A stretch of DNA of 64,000 nt from an uncultured Gemmatimonadales bacterium (GCA_963771275.1 CAVYSW010000003.1:384001-448000), one strand, 5' to 3'; shown: positions 52,494 to 62,851, numbered from the stretch's first letter. Made by a program: numbers and translations. Notes: generated from the letters alone by a model not told the origin.

Positions 52494-53399
52494 TCAGGCC
52501 GCGAAGCTGGCCAGGGCTTTCCCGATGTCCCCTTCGCGCAGGCGCTTGAGGGCGCGGTCGCGTAGCTGACGCACGCGCTCGCGCGTGACGCCCAGCATGC
52601 CGCCGATCTCCTCCAGCGTGTGCTCGCGGCCACCGTCCAGACCGAAGTAGAGCCGCAGCACCTTGGCATCGCGGGCGGGCAGTGAGCGGAGGGCCGACTC
52701 GACCTCGTCGCTCAGGAACCGCTCCATCGTCTTCTCTTCGGTATCCGGCAGATCCTCCGCGATGAAGCGCTCGATCAGGGAGCGGTCGCCGTCGGGGTCG
52801 AGCGGCGCGTCGAGCCGGACTTCGCCCGTGTTGAGCGCCGCGAGGGACTGCACGACCTCGAGCGACAGGGCCGTCGCTTCCGCGATCTCCTCGGGGGTCG
52901 GCTCGCGGCGCAGCTCCTGGCGAAGCGCCTCAGCCGTCCGGACGATCTTGGACAGGTCGGCGGTGCGATTCAGCGGCACCCGCACGGTCCGGCCGTGACG
53001 CGCCAGGGACGCGAGAATCGCCTGCCGGATCCACCATACGGCATACGAGATGAACTTCACGCCCTGGTCCGGATCGAACTTGCGGGCCGCCGTGAGCAGG
53101 CCGACGTTGCCCTCGCCGATCAGATCGGTGAGTGGCAGCCCGCGGTTCTGGTACTTCTTGGCGACCGAAATGACGAATCGGAGGTTCCGCTTAGCCAGTT
53201 CCTGCATGGCCTCCTGGTCGCCGGCCTGGACCTTGCGGGCAAGCGCGATCTCCTCCGCCGGCTTGAGGAGCGGCGTCTTGCTCACCTCGTAGAGGTACTG
53301 GTCGAGGAGGTCCCGATCGTCTTCGTTCGCCGCGAGGATCGGCGCGGGGCGACGACGACGCTTCTTGCGATGTGGAGTGGCGGCCATGGTGCTTCCCAT
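52494..53399 (-). CDS. RNA polymerase sigma factor, RpoD/SigA family (no region 1.1)
   Basis: NLRFVISVAKKY, DLIGEGNVGL, SYAVWWIRQ, TLEEIG...TRERVRQ; start may be 53387. Confidence 0.93.
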   Translation of the reverse strand: MGSTMAATPHRKKRRRRPAPILAANEDDRDLLDQYLYEVSKTPLLKPAEEIALARKVQAGDQEAMQELAKRNLRFVISVAKKYQNRGLPLTDLIGEGNVGLLTAARKFDPDQGVKFISYAVWWIRQAILASLARHGRTVRVPLNRTADLSKIVRTAEALRQELRREPTPEEIAEATALSLEVVQSLAALNTGEVRLDAPLDPDGDRSLIERFIAEDLPDTEEKTMERFLSDEVESALRSLPARDAKVLRLYFGLDGGREHTLEEIGGMLGVTRERVRQLRDRALKRLREGDIGKALASFAA

Positions 53400-53504
53400 A
53401 TATCACGAATCAGCACACCCCGGAAGAGGCGCTCCGACTCGACGCTGTTCGATTATCCGGATACCCCGCACCGCTCCGGAGGTTGCAGCCCCGTCCACCC
53501 GTGC

Positions 53505-53533
53505 TTGACACTGCCGAAACGCGCGGCTAGGTT
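53505..53533 (+). promoter_or_regulatory. sigma70 promoter for tRNA cluster
   Basis: TTGACA-17 nt-TAGGTT, 40 nt upstream of tRNA-Ala. Confidence 0.7.
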
Positions 53534-53573
53534 GCCGTGTTCCCAGCGGGACTTCGGGGCCCGACAATATAAC

Positions 53574-53646
53574 GGGGGCGTAGCTCAGTTGGGAGAGCGC
53601 GTGAATGGCATTCACGAGGTCAGGGGTTCGATCCCCCTCGCCTCCA
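53574..53646 (+). tRNA. tRNA-Ala(GGC)
   Basis: GGGGGCG/CGCCTCC acceptor stem, loop ATGGCAT, GGTTCGA. Confidence 0.95.
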
Positions 53647-53751
53647 CTCCCACCTCCCGCTGCACCCCTCAGGTCCTCGCCCGTGGGGGGTCGACGTTCG
53701 ACGCCTGGCGATCAGGGGGATGAGAGCAGTAGGTTGTCCCTGACGGTGCTC

Positions 53752-53824
53752 GCGGGAATAGCTCAGTTGGTAGAGCACAACCTTGCCAAGGTTGGGGTCG
53801 CGGGTTCGAGTCCCGTTTCCCGCT
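53752..53824 (+). tRNA. tRNA-Gly(GCC)
   Basis: GCGGGAA/TTCCCGC acceptor stem, loop TTGCCAA. Confidence 0.96.
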
Positions 53825-53885
53825 CTCGAGGCGGCGCCGCAGCTCCGGCGTATTGACCAACGGTGGCTCGAAGCCGCTCACACGG

Positions 53886-53959
53886 CGCGGGGTGGAGCAG
53901 TCTGGTAGCTCGCCGGGCTCATAACCCGGAGGTCGTGGGTTCAAATCCCACCCCCGCTA
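53886..53959 (+). tRNA. tRNA-fMet(CAT), initiator
   Basis: C1:T72 mismatch, three G-C pairs in the anticodon stem, loop CTCATAA. Confidence 0.95.
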
Positions 53960-53962
53960 CTG

Positions 53963-54036
53963 ACGGCGGAACGACGGAACGACGGAACGTTTCCCCTTTG
54001 ACCTTCCGACGTTCCGTCGTTCCGTCGTTCCGCCGT
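53963..54036. repeat. inverted octamer-repeat hairpin (ACGACGGA / TCCGTCGT), 28-bp perfect stem
   Basis: 53963-53990 is the exact reverse complement of 54009-54036. Confidence 0.9.
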
Positions 54037-54041
54037 TTCAC

Positions 54042-54115
54042 GGGCGGTTAGCTCAGTTGGTTAGAGCGCCACGTTGACATCGTGGAGGTCACAAGTTCGA
54101 GTCTTGTACCGCCCA
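54042..54115 (+). tRNA. tRNA-Val(GAC)
   Basis: GGGCGGT/ACCGCCC acceptor stem, loop TTGACAT. Confidence 0.95.
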
Positions 54116-54119
54116 CTTC

Positions 54120-54193
54120 GCGCCCTTAGCTCAACTGGATAGAGCGTCTGGCTACGGACCAGAAGGCTGGAGGTTCGAGTCCTTCAGGGCGCA
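54120..54193 (+). tRNA. tRNA-Arg(ACG)
   Basis: GCGCCCT/AGGGCGC acceptor stem, loop CTACGGA. Confidence 0.95.
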
Positions 54194-54197
54194 TGTG

Positions 54198-54272
54198 CGG
54201 GGCGTAGCGCAGCCCGGTTAGCGCGCCTGCTTCGGGAGCAGGAGGTCCCCGGTTCGAATCCGGGCGCCCCGA
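54198..54272 (+). tRNA. tRNA-Pro(CGG)
   Basis: CGGGGCG/CGCCCCG acceptor stem, loop TTCGGGA. Confidence 0.95.
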
Positions 54273-54283
54273 CCTAAACCGTT

Positions 54284-54389
54284 GCCGATCGCCGATGGCC
54301 GATAGCCGATGGGTTGAAGGAGCAGGACGGGCGGGACGCAGCCCGGCCGGCACCTGGGACAATCGGCTATCGGCAAACGGCCATCGGCA
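54284..54389. repeat. inverted heptamer-repeat element (GCCGATN x4 ... ATCGGCN-type x4)
   Basis: same heptamer as 39999-40670, with a ~50-nt loop and no gene. Confidence 0.85.
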
Positions 54390-54400
54390 GCCGTGAAGAC

Positions 54401-54475
<75 letters not shown>

Positions 54476-54592
54476 TGGCGACACCTCCGGCCCGAACGGC
54501 CGGACGGTCGCATTCCGACTTGCCCCATCCCGATTTCCTGTTTACGGTTCGTCACGCCCCGCGCCCCGCGGCCACCGATCCACAGACGCCCC

Positions 54593-55297
54593 ATGACCGT
54601 GACGACCCGCCCGCGACTCGACCGCCGCTTCGTCTCGAACGAGGACGAAACGTGCCGCATGTTCCGCAGCGACCTGATCGAGCGGTTGAGCCACGTGCAT
54701 CCGCTGGTGCCGCACGTGCTCTATCTCCCGCTGATCGCGTTGATGGTGGCGCTCGCCGTCCAAGCTGGTCAGGGAATCGGCCGGATCGCGCTCCTGCTCG
54801 CGACCGGCGCGCTGACGTGGAGCCTGGTCGAGTACGTCATCCACCGCTTTCTGTTCCACCCGCCCCAGTGGATTGAGGACGAAACCCGCGCCGTGACCGC
54901 GGCGCTCGGGCGGGGGGAAGCCGTGCTCCCCGCGCTGCCGTCCTTCCGGCACAAGTTCTACTTTCTGGTGCACGGCGTGCACCACGACTACCCCAACGAC
55001 TCCGGACGGCTGGTGATGCCGCCGAGCGTGAGCATTCCGCTCGCGCTGCTGTTCTTCTTCCTGTTCCGCTGGCTGCTGGGCCCGGCCGCCCCCGCGGCGT
55101 TCGGGGGATTCGTGGCCGGCTACCTCGTGTACGACACGACGCACTACCTCACGCACCACTCGGCGGGCCGGACGGCGCTGGCGCGCTACCAGAGGAAGCG
55201 GCACTTCCGCCACCACTACTACGACTCGACGCGCAATTTTGGCGTGAGCTCCCCGCTGTGGGATCTCGTGCTCGGCACGATGGGGCGCGGGAAGTGA
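54593..55297 (+). CDS. fatty acid hydroxylase / sterol desaturase family
   Basis: EYVIHRFLFH, HGVHHDYP, YDTTHYLTHH, HFRHH, NFGVSSPLWD His boxes. Confidence 0.9.
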   Translation: MTVTTRPRLDRRFVSNEDETCRMFRSDLIERLSHVHPLVPHVLYLPLIALMVALAVQAGQGIGRIALLLATGALTWSLVEYVIHRFLFHPPQWIEDETRAVTAALGRGEAVLPALPSFRHKFYFLVHGVHHDYPNDSGRLVMPPSVSIPLALLFFFLFRWLLGPAAPAAFGGFVAGYLVYDTTHYLTHHSAGRTALARYQRKRHFRHHYYDSTRNFGVSSPLWDLVLGTMGRGK

Positions 55298-55321
55298 CGC
55301 CCGAGGAGTAGCCTCCCGCCG

Positions 55322-56320
55322 TCAGAGCTCGCGCAGCCCCGCCACGAACCGCGGGTGGTCGCGCAGCTCGGCCCAGTCCGGTTCATGCTCGATCCACTCC
55401 TTCTTGCGGAGCCCCACCGCGACCGCGGCCTTGAGCAGGGTCAGGGCCCGGTCGGTGAGCCCGAGCACCGCGCAGTCGCAGCCGACTCCGTAGAGCACCA
55501 CCGCGTCGTCCGGATCGATCGCGCGCGCGCGGATTCTCGGTCCGCCCGCGCCGCATTGCGCGGCGCTCCTCGCGGCTCAGCACCACGCGCAGTGAGCGCA
55601 CCACGCTTCCGGCGATCTCGTCCTGGATGACCAGCACGTCCTCGAGCTCCCGGTCGTAGCGCTCCGACCAGAGCTGAAACCCGTCCGTGACGTCCACCAG
55701 GCGCACCGTGACCCGCAGCCGTCGCCCCACGACCCGGGCGGTGCCCTCGAGCACCGCGGCCACGCTCAGCGTCCGCCCGACCTGCTGCGCATCCGGAGCG
55801 CGAACGCGGACGTCCGGGACGCGACGTGCAGGCCGTCCACCGTCATCAGCGCGGCGAGGATCTCCTCGCTGAGGCCCTCGCCGAGGTAGGCATCGTCGGG
55901 CTCCACCCCGACGCTCACGAACGGCAGCACGGCAATGGACCGCGGGGACGGACTCGTGGCGCCGGTCTCCGGAGCCGTGAGCGCCTCCGTGAAGGTGCAC
56001 ACCGTGGGGTACCGGTCGGCCGGCGCCTTAGCCAGCGCGCGCGTTGCGTCCGGCAAACGGCGGATGGCCGGCCAGCATCTCGTAGAGATCGGCAGCTGGC
56101 CTTCCCGCTCGAGCCGGTCGCGCAACGAGCCGCCCGGCACGTACGGCGTCACGTAGTAGAGCAGGCCCCCGGCTTCACCCGAGTCGTGCAACGGCAGGAT
56201 GTGCGGATGGGAGAGCTGGGCGAGGATCTCGATCTCGCGGAGGAAGCGCTCCGCACCCAGCGCCGCCGCGAGCTCGGGTCGGAACAGCTTGAGCGCCGCC
56301 TGGCGGCGGTGTCGACGACG
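55322..56320 (-). pseudogene. internally deleted Ser/Thr kinase-TolB_N-TPR gene remnant
   Basis: ERFLREIEILAQLSHPHILPLHDSG joined to ALAKAPADRY with no HRD/DFG; SIAVLPF; LWSERYDREL; tail LRDHPRF; frameshifts. Confidence 0.8.
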
Positions 56321-56352
56321 CCCTGCAGGGCTTCCGCCGCGCCGACCGCGGG

Positions 56353-56664
56353 ATGTGTCGCATCTGCGTGCTGCCGGGGATCGCGCAGGTGTACGAGCGC
56401 GAGGGGAATACGGACTCGGTCTTGGCGGTGCTCGAGCGGTACGTCACCACGACCGACGACGACCGTTGGCAGGTGGACCCGCTGGAGCTGCCCGGCATCC
56501 TGGTCCGTTTGGGGCAGCTCTCCGAGGCCCGCAGGGATACCGTGAAGGCCGTCGCATACGACAGCCGACTCCTCGACATCTGGCGGGACGCCGCCCCGGA
56601 GCTTCAGCCGGTCGTCGCACAGGTGCGGGACCGGCTCGGGCGCCTCGCGGGCGAGCGACGCTAG
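56353..56664 (+). pseudogene. orphan C-terminal TPR fragment
   Basis: LGQLSE...A...LLDIWRDAAPELQPVV..VRDRLGRL resembles kinase-TPR protein tails; no convincing start. Confidence 0.5.
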
Positions 56665-57797
56665 GGCAGGAAGAAGAACGCCATCCCCAGCACGACGTAC
56701 ACCGCGACCATCAGCGCCCCTTCCAGCCAGTTCGACTCGCCGTCCTGCGCCACCATGTTGACGACGGCCACGGCGATCGCGACCGACAGAACCTCGAACA
56801 CGGTGAACCGCAGGTCCATCGGCCCGTGCGGCATCAGGTAGGACACGAATACGAGCAGCGGTGCCACGAACAACGCCACCTGGATGCTCGAGCCGATGGC
56901 GATGTTCATCGCCAGATCCACCTTGTTCTTGAGCGCCACCAGGATCGCCGTCGAGTGTTCGGCGGCGTTGCCGATGATCGCCACGACGATCACGCCCACG
57001 AACACCTCGGTGAGGCCCAGCGCGTGCGCGGTTTCCTCCACCCGGCCGACCAGGATCTCGCTCATCCACGCGACGAGCGCGGTGGCGGCGAGCAGCGTCA
57101 CCCCCGCGCGGACGGGTGAGCGGGCCGCCTCCCCGTCGTGCGCCGCGGGGTGGCTTTGGCCGGCGTACAGGCGGCGGTGGGTCCGGAGACTGAACACCAG
57201 GCTCAGGAGGTAGGCCAGGAAGAGCACCACCGCGATCTCGAGCGACAGGCTCCGCTCCAGGGCCACTTCGCGCGTCTGCGACAGCTCGGCGCGCGCGACG
57301 GCGGACCCCGCGATCGTGTGGAACATCGCCGGCACGACCAGCCCGATCGCGGCCAGCGCGAGCAGCGTGGAGCCCGCGGCCGCCGCGGCCCGGTCGAACG
57401 TCAGGCGCTCGCGCTTGAGTCCTCCGGCGAGCAGCGCCACCCCGAGCACGAGCAACACGTTGCCGATGATCGACCCCGTGAGACTCGCCTTCACCACGTC
57501 GTACAGCCCGCGGCGCAGCGCGGCCAAGGCGATGATCAGCTCGGCCGCGTTGCCGAACGACGCGTTGAGCAGTCCCCCGACGCCCGCTCCCAGTCGTGCC
57601 GCGAGGTGCTCGGTGGCACTGCCCATGATGCCGGCGAGCGGGACGATCGCGAGACACGCGAACACGAACACGGCGAGCGCAGACCAGCCCAGCCACTCCG
57701 CCAGCGCCGCGAGGGGGACGAACAGCAGCAGGACTCGGAGCAGGCGCCCGGGCGAGGACGCCGCGGGACGTGCGGCGGAGGCGGCGTTGCGGCTCAT
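56661..57797 (-). CDS. calcium/proton exchanger (CaCA family)
   Basis: two alpha repeats GNAAELI and [21 protein letters not shown]. Confidence 0.92.
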   Translation of the reverse strand: MSRNAASAARPAASSPGRLLRVLLLFVPLAALAEWLGWSALAVFVFACLAIVPLAGIMGSATEHLAARLGAGVGGLLNASFGNAAELIIALAALRRGLYDVVKASLTGSIIGNVLLVLGVALLAGGLKRERLTFDRAAAAAGSTLLALAAIGLVVPAMFHTIAGSAVARAELSQTREVALERSLSLEIAVVLFLAYLLSLVFSLRTHRRLYAGQSHPAAHDGEAARSPVRAGVTLLAATALVAWMSEILVGRVEETAHALGLTEVFVGVIVVAIIGNAAEHSTAILVALKNKVDLAMNIAIGSSIQVALFVAPLLVFVSYLMPHGPMDLRFTVFEVLSVAIAVAVVNMVAQDGESNWLEGALMVAVYVVLGMAFFFLP

Positions 57798-57837
57798 CGT
57801 GTCACGCTCCCGGGAATGGGGGCACCCGAGGGGACCC

Positions 57838-58614
57838 TCACGTCAGCAGCAGCAGGCCAAGGGTCACTAAGTTACACGCGACGAGAGACCAGCCCACCCG
57901 TTTCAGCCTCCGGGGATGCACGCGCAGCGCCGCGACGGTGAGCGCGAGCACCGCTCCCGGAGCCAGCGCCAGCCCCACGAACACGGGCACCGGGCCCAGC
58001 ACCGTCGCCCCGATTCCGCCGAGCAGCGCCACAGCCGCCAGGGCGGGGGCCGCCCAGAGCGTCCATGGCGCCGTCAGCTCGGGCTTCGCGCGCGCCTTGA
58101 TGGCGTGCACCGCAAGGGTCGCGGCCCAGTAGGTGAGCAGCCACACCCCCGCAGCCTGGACGGCTGACCGCAGCGTCATTCCCCCCGCCAGCCCGACGGG
58201 CAGCAGCATCGCGGAGAGGGCCGTGGCCACCAGGAGCTCCGCGCCGAGGGTCTTCGGGCGCCCGCGGAGCACGGCGGGCAACACGAATACCGCAGCCGCG
58301 CCGGGCACGAGCGCGGCGAGCCGCGCTGCCGGAGGAGCGAGCGCCAAGCCGACAGCAGCCGCGAGCGCGCCGAGGCCGCCCAGCCACCAGGCGCGCCGCC
58401 AGGCCGGCGCGCCCACCTCGGTCTGCCGACGGCGGCCGCGCGCGCCCCGCAGGATCGCGAGCGGCTCGTACAGCAGAAACCAGCTGACCACGGCCAGCGT
58501 GAACGCCACACCAGCCGCAGAGGGACCGCCGGCCAGGAAGGCGGTAAGCAGCGGGAAGAACAGCTCCGCATAGGCGCCGTATTCGCGGGGCCAGAGCGGC
58601 GGCGCAGTGCCCAT
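57838..58614 (-). CDS. YwiC-like membrane protein
   Basis: N-terminal PREYGAY motif, multiple TM helices, C-terminal KRVGW. Confidence 0.75.
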   Translation of the reverse strand: MGTAPPLWPREYGAYAELFFPLLTAFLAGGPSAAGVAFTLAVVSWFLLYEPLAILRGARGRRRQTEVGAPAWRRAWWLGGLGALAAAVGLALAPPAARLAALVPGAAAVFVLPAVLRGRPKTLGAELLVATALSAMLLPVGLAGGMTLRSAVQAAGVWLLTYWAATLAVHAIKARAKPELTAPWTLWAAPALAAVALLGGIGATVLGPVPVFVGLALAPGAVLALTVAALRVHPRRLKRVGWSLVACNLVTLGLLLLT

Positions 58615-58770
58615 CGTGCGATGTCTCCCCTCTCCGATACGCCCGGCGAACCCGCGGCTTCGCTAAGGTAATACCGCCCTGCCGGGACGGCGCGAGCGCG
58701 CTGCCGTGGCGGGTCGCGCCCTGGCCGCCTATCCTTCCGCTCAGCCTTCTCGCCGACGCCAGGAGCCCCG

Positions 58771-59870
58771 ATGTCGCAGACGTCGCACGACCCTGCCCAG
58801 TTTCGTCGCATCGTGGTCGCCCTGCTCGCCATCGGCATCTCGATCGTGTTCTTCGCGATGCTCCGGCCGTACATCGTGACCGTGACGGTGGCCGCGATCC
58901 TGAGCGCCATGGCCCAGCCGCTCAACGCGGCCGTGCGGAACCTGCGCGTCTTCCGGGGGGGAAGAGCGGAGCCACCGTCGCCTCGTCACTGACGCTGTTG
59001 CTGGTCGTGGCACTGGTGCTGATCCCGGCCCTCCTGCTGATCGGCACCCTGGTCAATCAGGCGATCAACGTGAGCCAGCGTGTCGGCCCCTGGCTCGAGA
59101 CCCACGCGACGGGCGGAAGCCTGTTCGACCGCGCTGCGGCCTACGCCCCGTTTCTGGAGCGGTTCCGGCCAATCGAGGACATGATCACGGAGAAGCTCGG
59201 GGAGTTCGCGAGCCGGCTCGGCGAGTGGGTCGTGGGACAACTGGCCGCGGTGACGCGCGGGGCGGCCATCTTCCTGTTCCACTTCTTCATCATGCTCTAC
59301 GCGATGTACTTCTTCCTCAAGGAGGGCGGCAAGTTCCTCGAGCGCATGGTGCGCACGATCCCGCTGGCCGACGATCAGCGCGAGAAGATCGTGGCGAAGT
59401 TCCTCTCCGTGGCGCGCGCCACGATCAAGGGCACGATCGTGATCGGCATCCTCCAGGGGACGCTCGGCGGTATCGGACTCGCGATCGCCGGCATCCCGAA
59501 CGCGGTGTTCTGGGGCGCCGTCATGGCGGTCGCCACGCTGATTCCCGCGATCGGCACGGGGCTGGTCTGGCTGCCGAGCGTGGTGATCCTGTTCGCAACC
59601 GGCCATTCCGCGGCGGCGATCGGGCTCGCCGTGTGGAGCCTCGCCGTGGTCGGCACCGTCGACAACTTCCTCCGCCCGAAGCTCGTGGGGCGCGATACGG
59701 CAATGCCCGAGCTGCTCGTCCTGCTCTCGACCCTGGGAGGGCTCGGGCTGTTCGGCGCGCTCGGCTTCCTGATCGGCCCGCTCGTCGCGGCCATCTTCCT
59801 CACGGTGTGGGAGATCTTCGGCGCGACGTTCGCGGATGTGCTCGGGCGGGTCGGGGAGCCGGTGACGTAG
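58771..59870 (+). pseudogene. AI-2E family transporter, frameshift at G7 tract 58955-58961
   Basis: N-terminal fragment 58771-58992 plus IPAIGT...VDNFLRP...GFLIGP in another frame. Confidence 0.8.
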
Positions 59871-59933
59871 GGCGCCGTTCGGGTGCGTCGCTGGCGCGGC
59901 GATCGGGACCGCCGCGCGCGGCGAGATGCGCAA

Positions 59934-59954
59934 AGGGGCCCGCACCGGGCCCCT
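59934..59954 (-). terminator. hairpin terminator
   Basis: AGGGGCCCG-CAC-CGGGCCCCT, with TTT at the stem base on the minus strand. Confidence 0.55.
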
Positions 59955-59984
59955 CACTGTCGCGTCATCCCGGGTGATCGCGCC

Positions 59985-61166
59985 TCAGGGCGTGAAGTCC
60001 ACCAGCAACCCGGCGCGATAGCCGTTGAGGCCGATGTCCGTCGCCGCCTGCACGACGCTCCCCACGATCCCGCTGCCGGTGAGCACCACGGCGAATTGGC
60101 GCGTGAACTGCTGGCGCAGGTCGAGCCCGAACCGGAACGACGTACCGGCCTTGGCCAGAGGCCCCTCCACGTACGCGTCCAGGGTGCCGTCCGGCGGGAC
60201 GCTCGTATCCTGCCAGTCGCCGGGGGCTTGCCGCGAGTAGCGGTACTCCCCCCTGGGAGTGATCGTGAGCGTCCGGCTGACGGGCACCGCAAACTGGAGC
60301 CCGCCGACCATCAGGTTGCCCTTGGGCAGCGCAGCCGCCCCAAGCACCGAGCCTCCCAGTTGCGGCGAGCTGCGATACACGTCGAACGCGTAGGCCCTGA
60401 GCTGCAGGTTGCCGAATCCCTGGGCCACCTCGAAGTAGCCGATCACGCGCGCCCCGACCCCGGGGCGCGTGGTGTCGGCGAACACGTCCTTCTGGCGCAA
60501 CGCGAACACGCCGGCCAGCCGCAGGTACGTCGTCCGGCCCAGTGGTCCCTCCAGGCCGGCGCGGGCGCGCAGCTCGGCGCCGGGCTTGATCTTTGCCGTC
60601 TGACCGACCACGGGCTGATACGACAGCGGATGCTGGTAGGTCGCCCCGATCCCCAGAGCCATCCGCCCCACGGGGAGCGCCCCTACGAGTCCACCGCTCA
60701 TCGAGCCACCAGACCCGAGCGTCGGCACCGCGAACCCGATCACGTCGCTGGAGATCGCCCCCAGGACCGACAGCTCGGGATCGCTCACCGACTTCACCCC
60801 GGTCGGGATCGCGCCGCTTGCGACGGCGATCAGGCGGCCGGGGATGAGGTTCACGCTGAGCCGCACTTCGGTCTCGAGCGCCCCGGACAGCGACTGGTCC
60901 GCGAGCTGCGTCTGGTTCGCGCTCGTCACGTCGGCCTTCACGAACCCCGACGAAATGCTCGCGGAGGCGAGTCGGCCCAGGAAGAGGTCGATGCCGACCG
61001 GGATGGTCAGCTCCCTCACCTTGGTGAACGCCAGCCCCGGATCGAACGAGTAGCTCTCGAAGTAGGACGAGACGCGTACCTGCGAAACCACCTTCTGCTG
61101 CGCACGCAGCAGGGACGGCGCGGCCACGAGCGCCACGCCCGCGTAGACGACGAGTCGGCGCATCAT
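59985..61166 (-). CDS. probable outer membrane beta-barrel protein
   Basis: signal peptide LRA-QQ, amphipathic strands, C-terminal YRAGLLVDF. Confidence 0.7.
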   Translation of the reverse strand: MMRRLVVYAGVALVAAPSLLRAQQKVVSQVRVSSYFESYSFDPGLAFTKVRELTIPVGIDLFLGRLASASISSGFVKADVTSANQTQLADQSLSGALETEVRLSVNLIPGRLIAVASGAIPTGVKSVSDPELSVLGAISSDVIGFAVPTLGSGGSMSGGLVGALPVGRMALGIGATYQHPLSYQPVVGQTAKIKPGAELRARAGLEGPLGRTTYLRLAGVFALRQKDVFADTTRPGVGARVIGYFEVAQGFGNLQLRAYAFDVYRSSPQLGGSVLGAAALPKGNLMVGGLQFAVPVSRTLTITPRGEYRYSRQAPGDWQDTSVPPDGTLDAYVEGPLAKAGTSFRFGLDLRQQFTRQFAVVLTGSGIVGSVVQAATDIGLNGYRAGLLVDFTP

Positions 61167-62467
61167 GGCAGTCGGAACACGATACGGATCGTGCCAATCT
61201 GGGGCGCCGTCAGCAGGGGTGGCTGCGCCGTGGTGGTCCCCACTGCCGCCCGCGTGGGCTCCCCGCCGATGGCATTGATCTGCTCCACGCGCGTGGGCAT
61301 GAGGTCGCTCGTGGCCGACCCGACCGCGGCGTCGGTTCCCAGCCCTGCCGGGAGCGCGGTCTGCGGCGGCTCGGCGGCCAGGACCGTCACCTGCGACGGG
61401 TCCGCCGATGCGACGTCCGGCGCCGCGCTGGCCGCCGCGAACCCCTCGCGTGCGGCCGTGAAGCCGGGATCCAGCCGAGTCGCCTCGGCGTAGTGCGCGG
61501 CCGCGGCCTGGTAGTCACCGCGGTCTTCCGCCCCGAGCGCCCGGGAATACGCGAGGAACGCGGCGAGGTTCTGCGTGCCGTTCTCGAGGATGGCACGGCG
61601 CTCGGCTTCCGACAGGGTGTAGCCCATCCGGCCGGCGAGCCCCACGACCACCTCCTTCTCCATCCTCAGCAGGTCCTTGAGCCGTCCCGTCGCAGCGGCC
61701 GGGGTCGAGACTTCACCGCTCCCCAGCAGGACCGATGCTTCGAGTCGCGTGTCGCGATCGCCGGGGATCGACGCCAGGCCCTGTACCAGGCGGCCGGCCC
61801 GCATCAGCAGCCCCGCCCGCGCCGCGCTCGCCTGGTCGACCCGCCCCGTCTGCCCGAGGTGCATCTCGTCGAGCAGTGCCGTGAGCTGGATGCGCTCGAC
61901 CATGCGGAACCGTCGCAGCAGCGCGAGATCACTCGTGAGCATCTGGGCCAGCCCGCGCGACAGCGGCTGGTAGATCGAGTCGCCGTTCACCTGGATCGGC
62001 AGCACGGCCACGGTCTGCGCATCCGCCGGCTGTTGCGCCAACGCCGCCTCCTGCGCAAGCGCCGTCCGCGCCTCCCGGATGGCGGCGGCCCGGGACGCCA
62101 GCAGCTCGCGGGCGCGCACGGCCCCCGATCCCGGTCCAGCAGGGTTGCTCGTCAGGAACTGCCGGTAAGTGGCGAGGGCGTCGCGGTACTGCTCGGCCCG
62201 CTCCTGGCACTGTCCCAGCACGAGTGGGCCCACCGCGCTGCGCGGCGCCAGGGTCATACCGCGACGGGCGAACACGACCGCCGTGTCGCACCGGCCCGCC
62301 GCATGCAGCGCCGCCGCGTAGCGCAGCACCAGCACGCCGTCAGTCGGCTCCTGCGCGACGCGACCCGCCAACTGCGAGATTTCCGCCGGGGATACCGGCG
62401 CCGGGCGTGGTGTGCAGCTCCACGCCGCGCCGAGGAGGACCACGAGACTGCCACGGGTCACGCGCAT
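61163..62467 (-). CDS. TPR lipoprotein with CsgG/HfaB-like (TolB_N-like) domain
   Basis: lipobox-like AWSC, TPRs, TVAVLP...MVERIQLTALLDEM...AARAGLLMRA. Confidence 0.75.
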   Translation of the reverse strand: MRVTRGSLVVLLGAAWSCTPRPAPVSPAEISQLAGRVAQEPTDGVLVLRYAAALHAAGRCDTAVVFARRGMTLAPRSAVGPLVLGQCQERAEQYRDALATYRQFLTSNPAGPGSGAVRARELLASRAAAIREARTALAQEAALAQQPADAQTVAVLPIQVNGDSIYQPLSRGLAQMLTSDLALLRRFRMVERIQLTALLDEMHLGQTGRVDQASAARAGLLMRAGRLVQGLASIPGDRDTRLEASVLLGSGEVSTPAAATGRLKDLLRMEKEVVVGLAGRMGYTLSEAERRAILENGTQNLAAFLAYSRALGAEDRGDYQAAAAHYAEATRLDPGFTAAREGFAAASAAPDVASADPSQVTVLAAEPPQTALPAGLGTDAAVGSATSDLMPTRVEQINAIGGEPTRAAVGTTTAQPPLLTAPQIGTIRIVFRLP

Positions 62468-62662
62468 GCGTCTACTCCGGCAAAACGGTCTACAACGGGC
62501 CACGGGGCGCCGCGTCACTGGGGGCTCAACTTGCTGCCCAATATCGGGGGCCGTCAAGGAGGGTCCGCTCTCCACGGGGCCGAATGAGCCGTCGAGGGGC
62601 AGGAAGCGTGCCGGGTGGGAGGGATATGGGATTGTGGTAAGGACCGGTAGGCGGATAGGGCG

Positions 62663-62851
62663 TCAGCCGACTCCGTGCAGGATATCCCGCATCCGTTGCG
62701 CCAACCGCTCGATCTCGCGGAACGCGTTCTCGGCGTCGGGCGGCAGGCCCTCGGCCGCAAGGAGCTGGAGCTGCGTCTCCGCCAACAGCGCCGACAGCGG
62801 ATTGGAAAGGTCGTGGCGCAGCTTGCGAACGCGGTCGTCGGCCTCGGCCAT
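62663..62851 (-). CDS. stand-alone histidine kinase dimerization/phosphoacceptor (HisKA) domain, 62 aa
   Basis: LRHDLSNPLSALL H-box followed by a second helix; no ATPase domain. Confidence 0.75.
   Translation of the reverse strand: MAEADDRVRKLRHDLSNPLSALLAETQLQLLAAEGLPPDAENAFREIERLAQRMRDILHGVG

Noticed and set aside
50843..52669. 608-aa ABC ATPase fusion
   Set aside because: The real MlaF starts at GTG 51607; the upstream part overlaps mlaE and the sigma gene in other frames.
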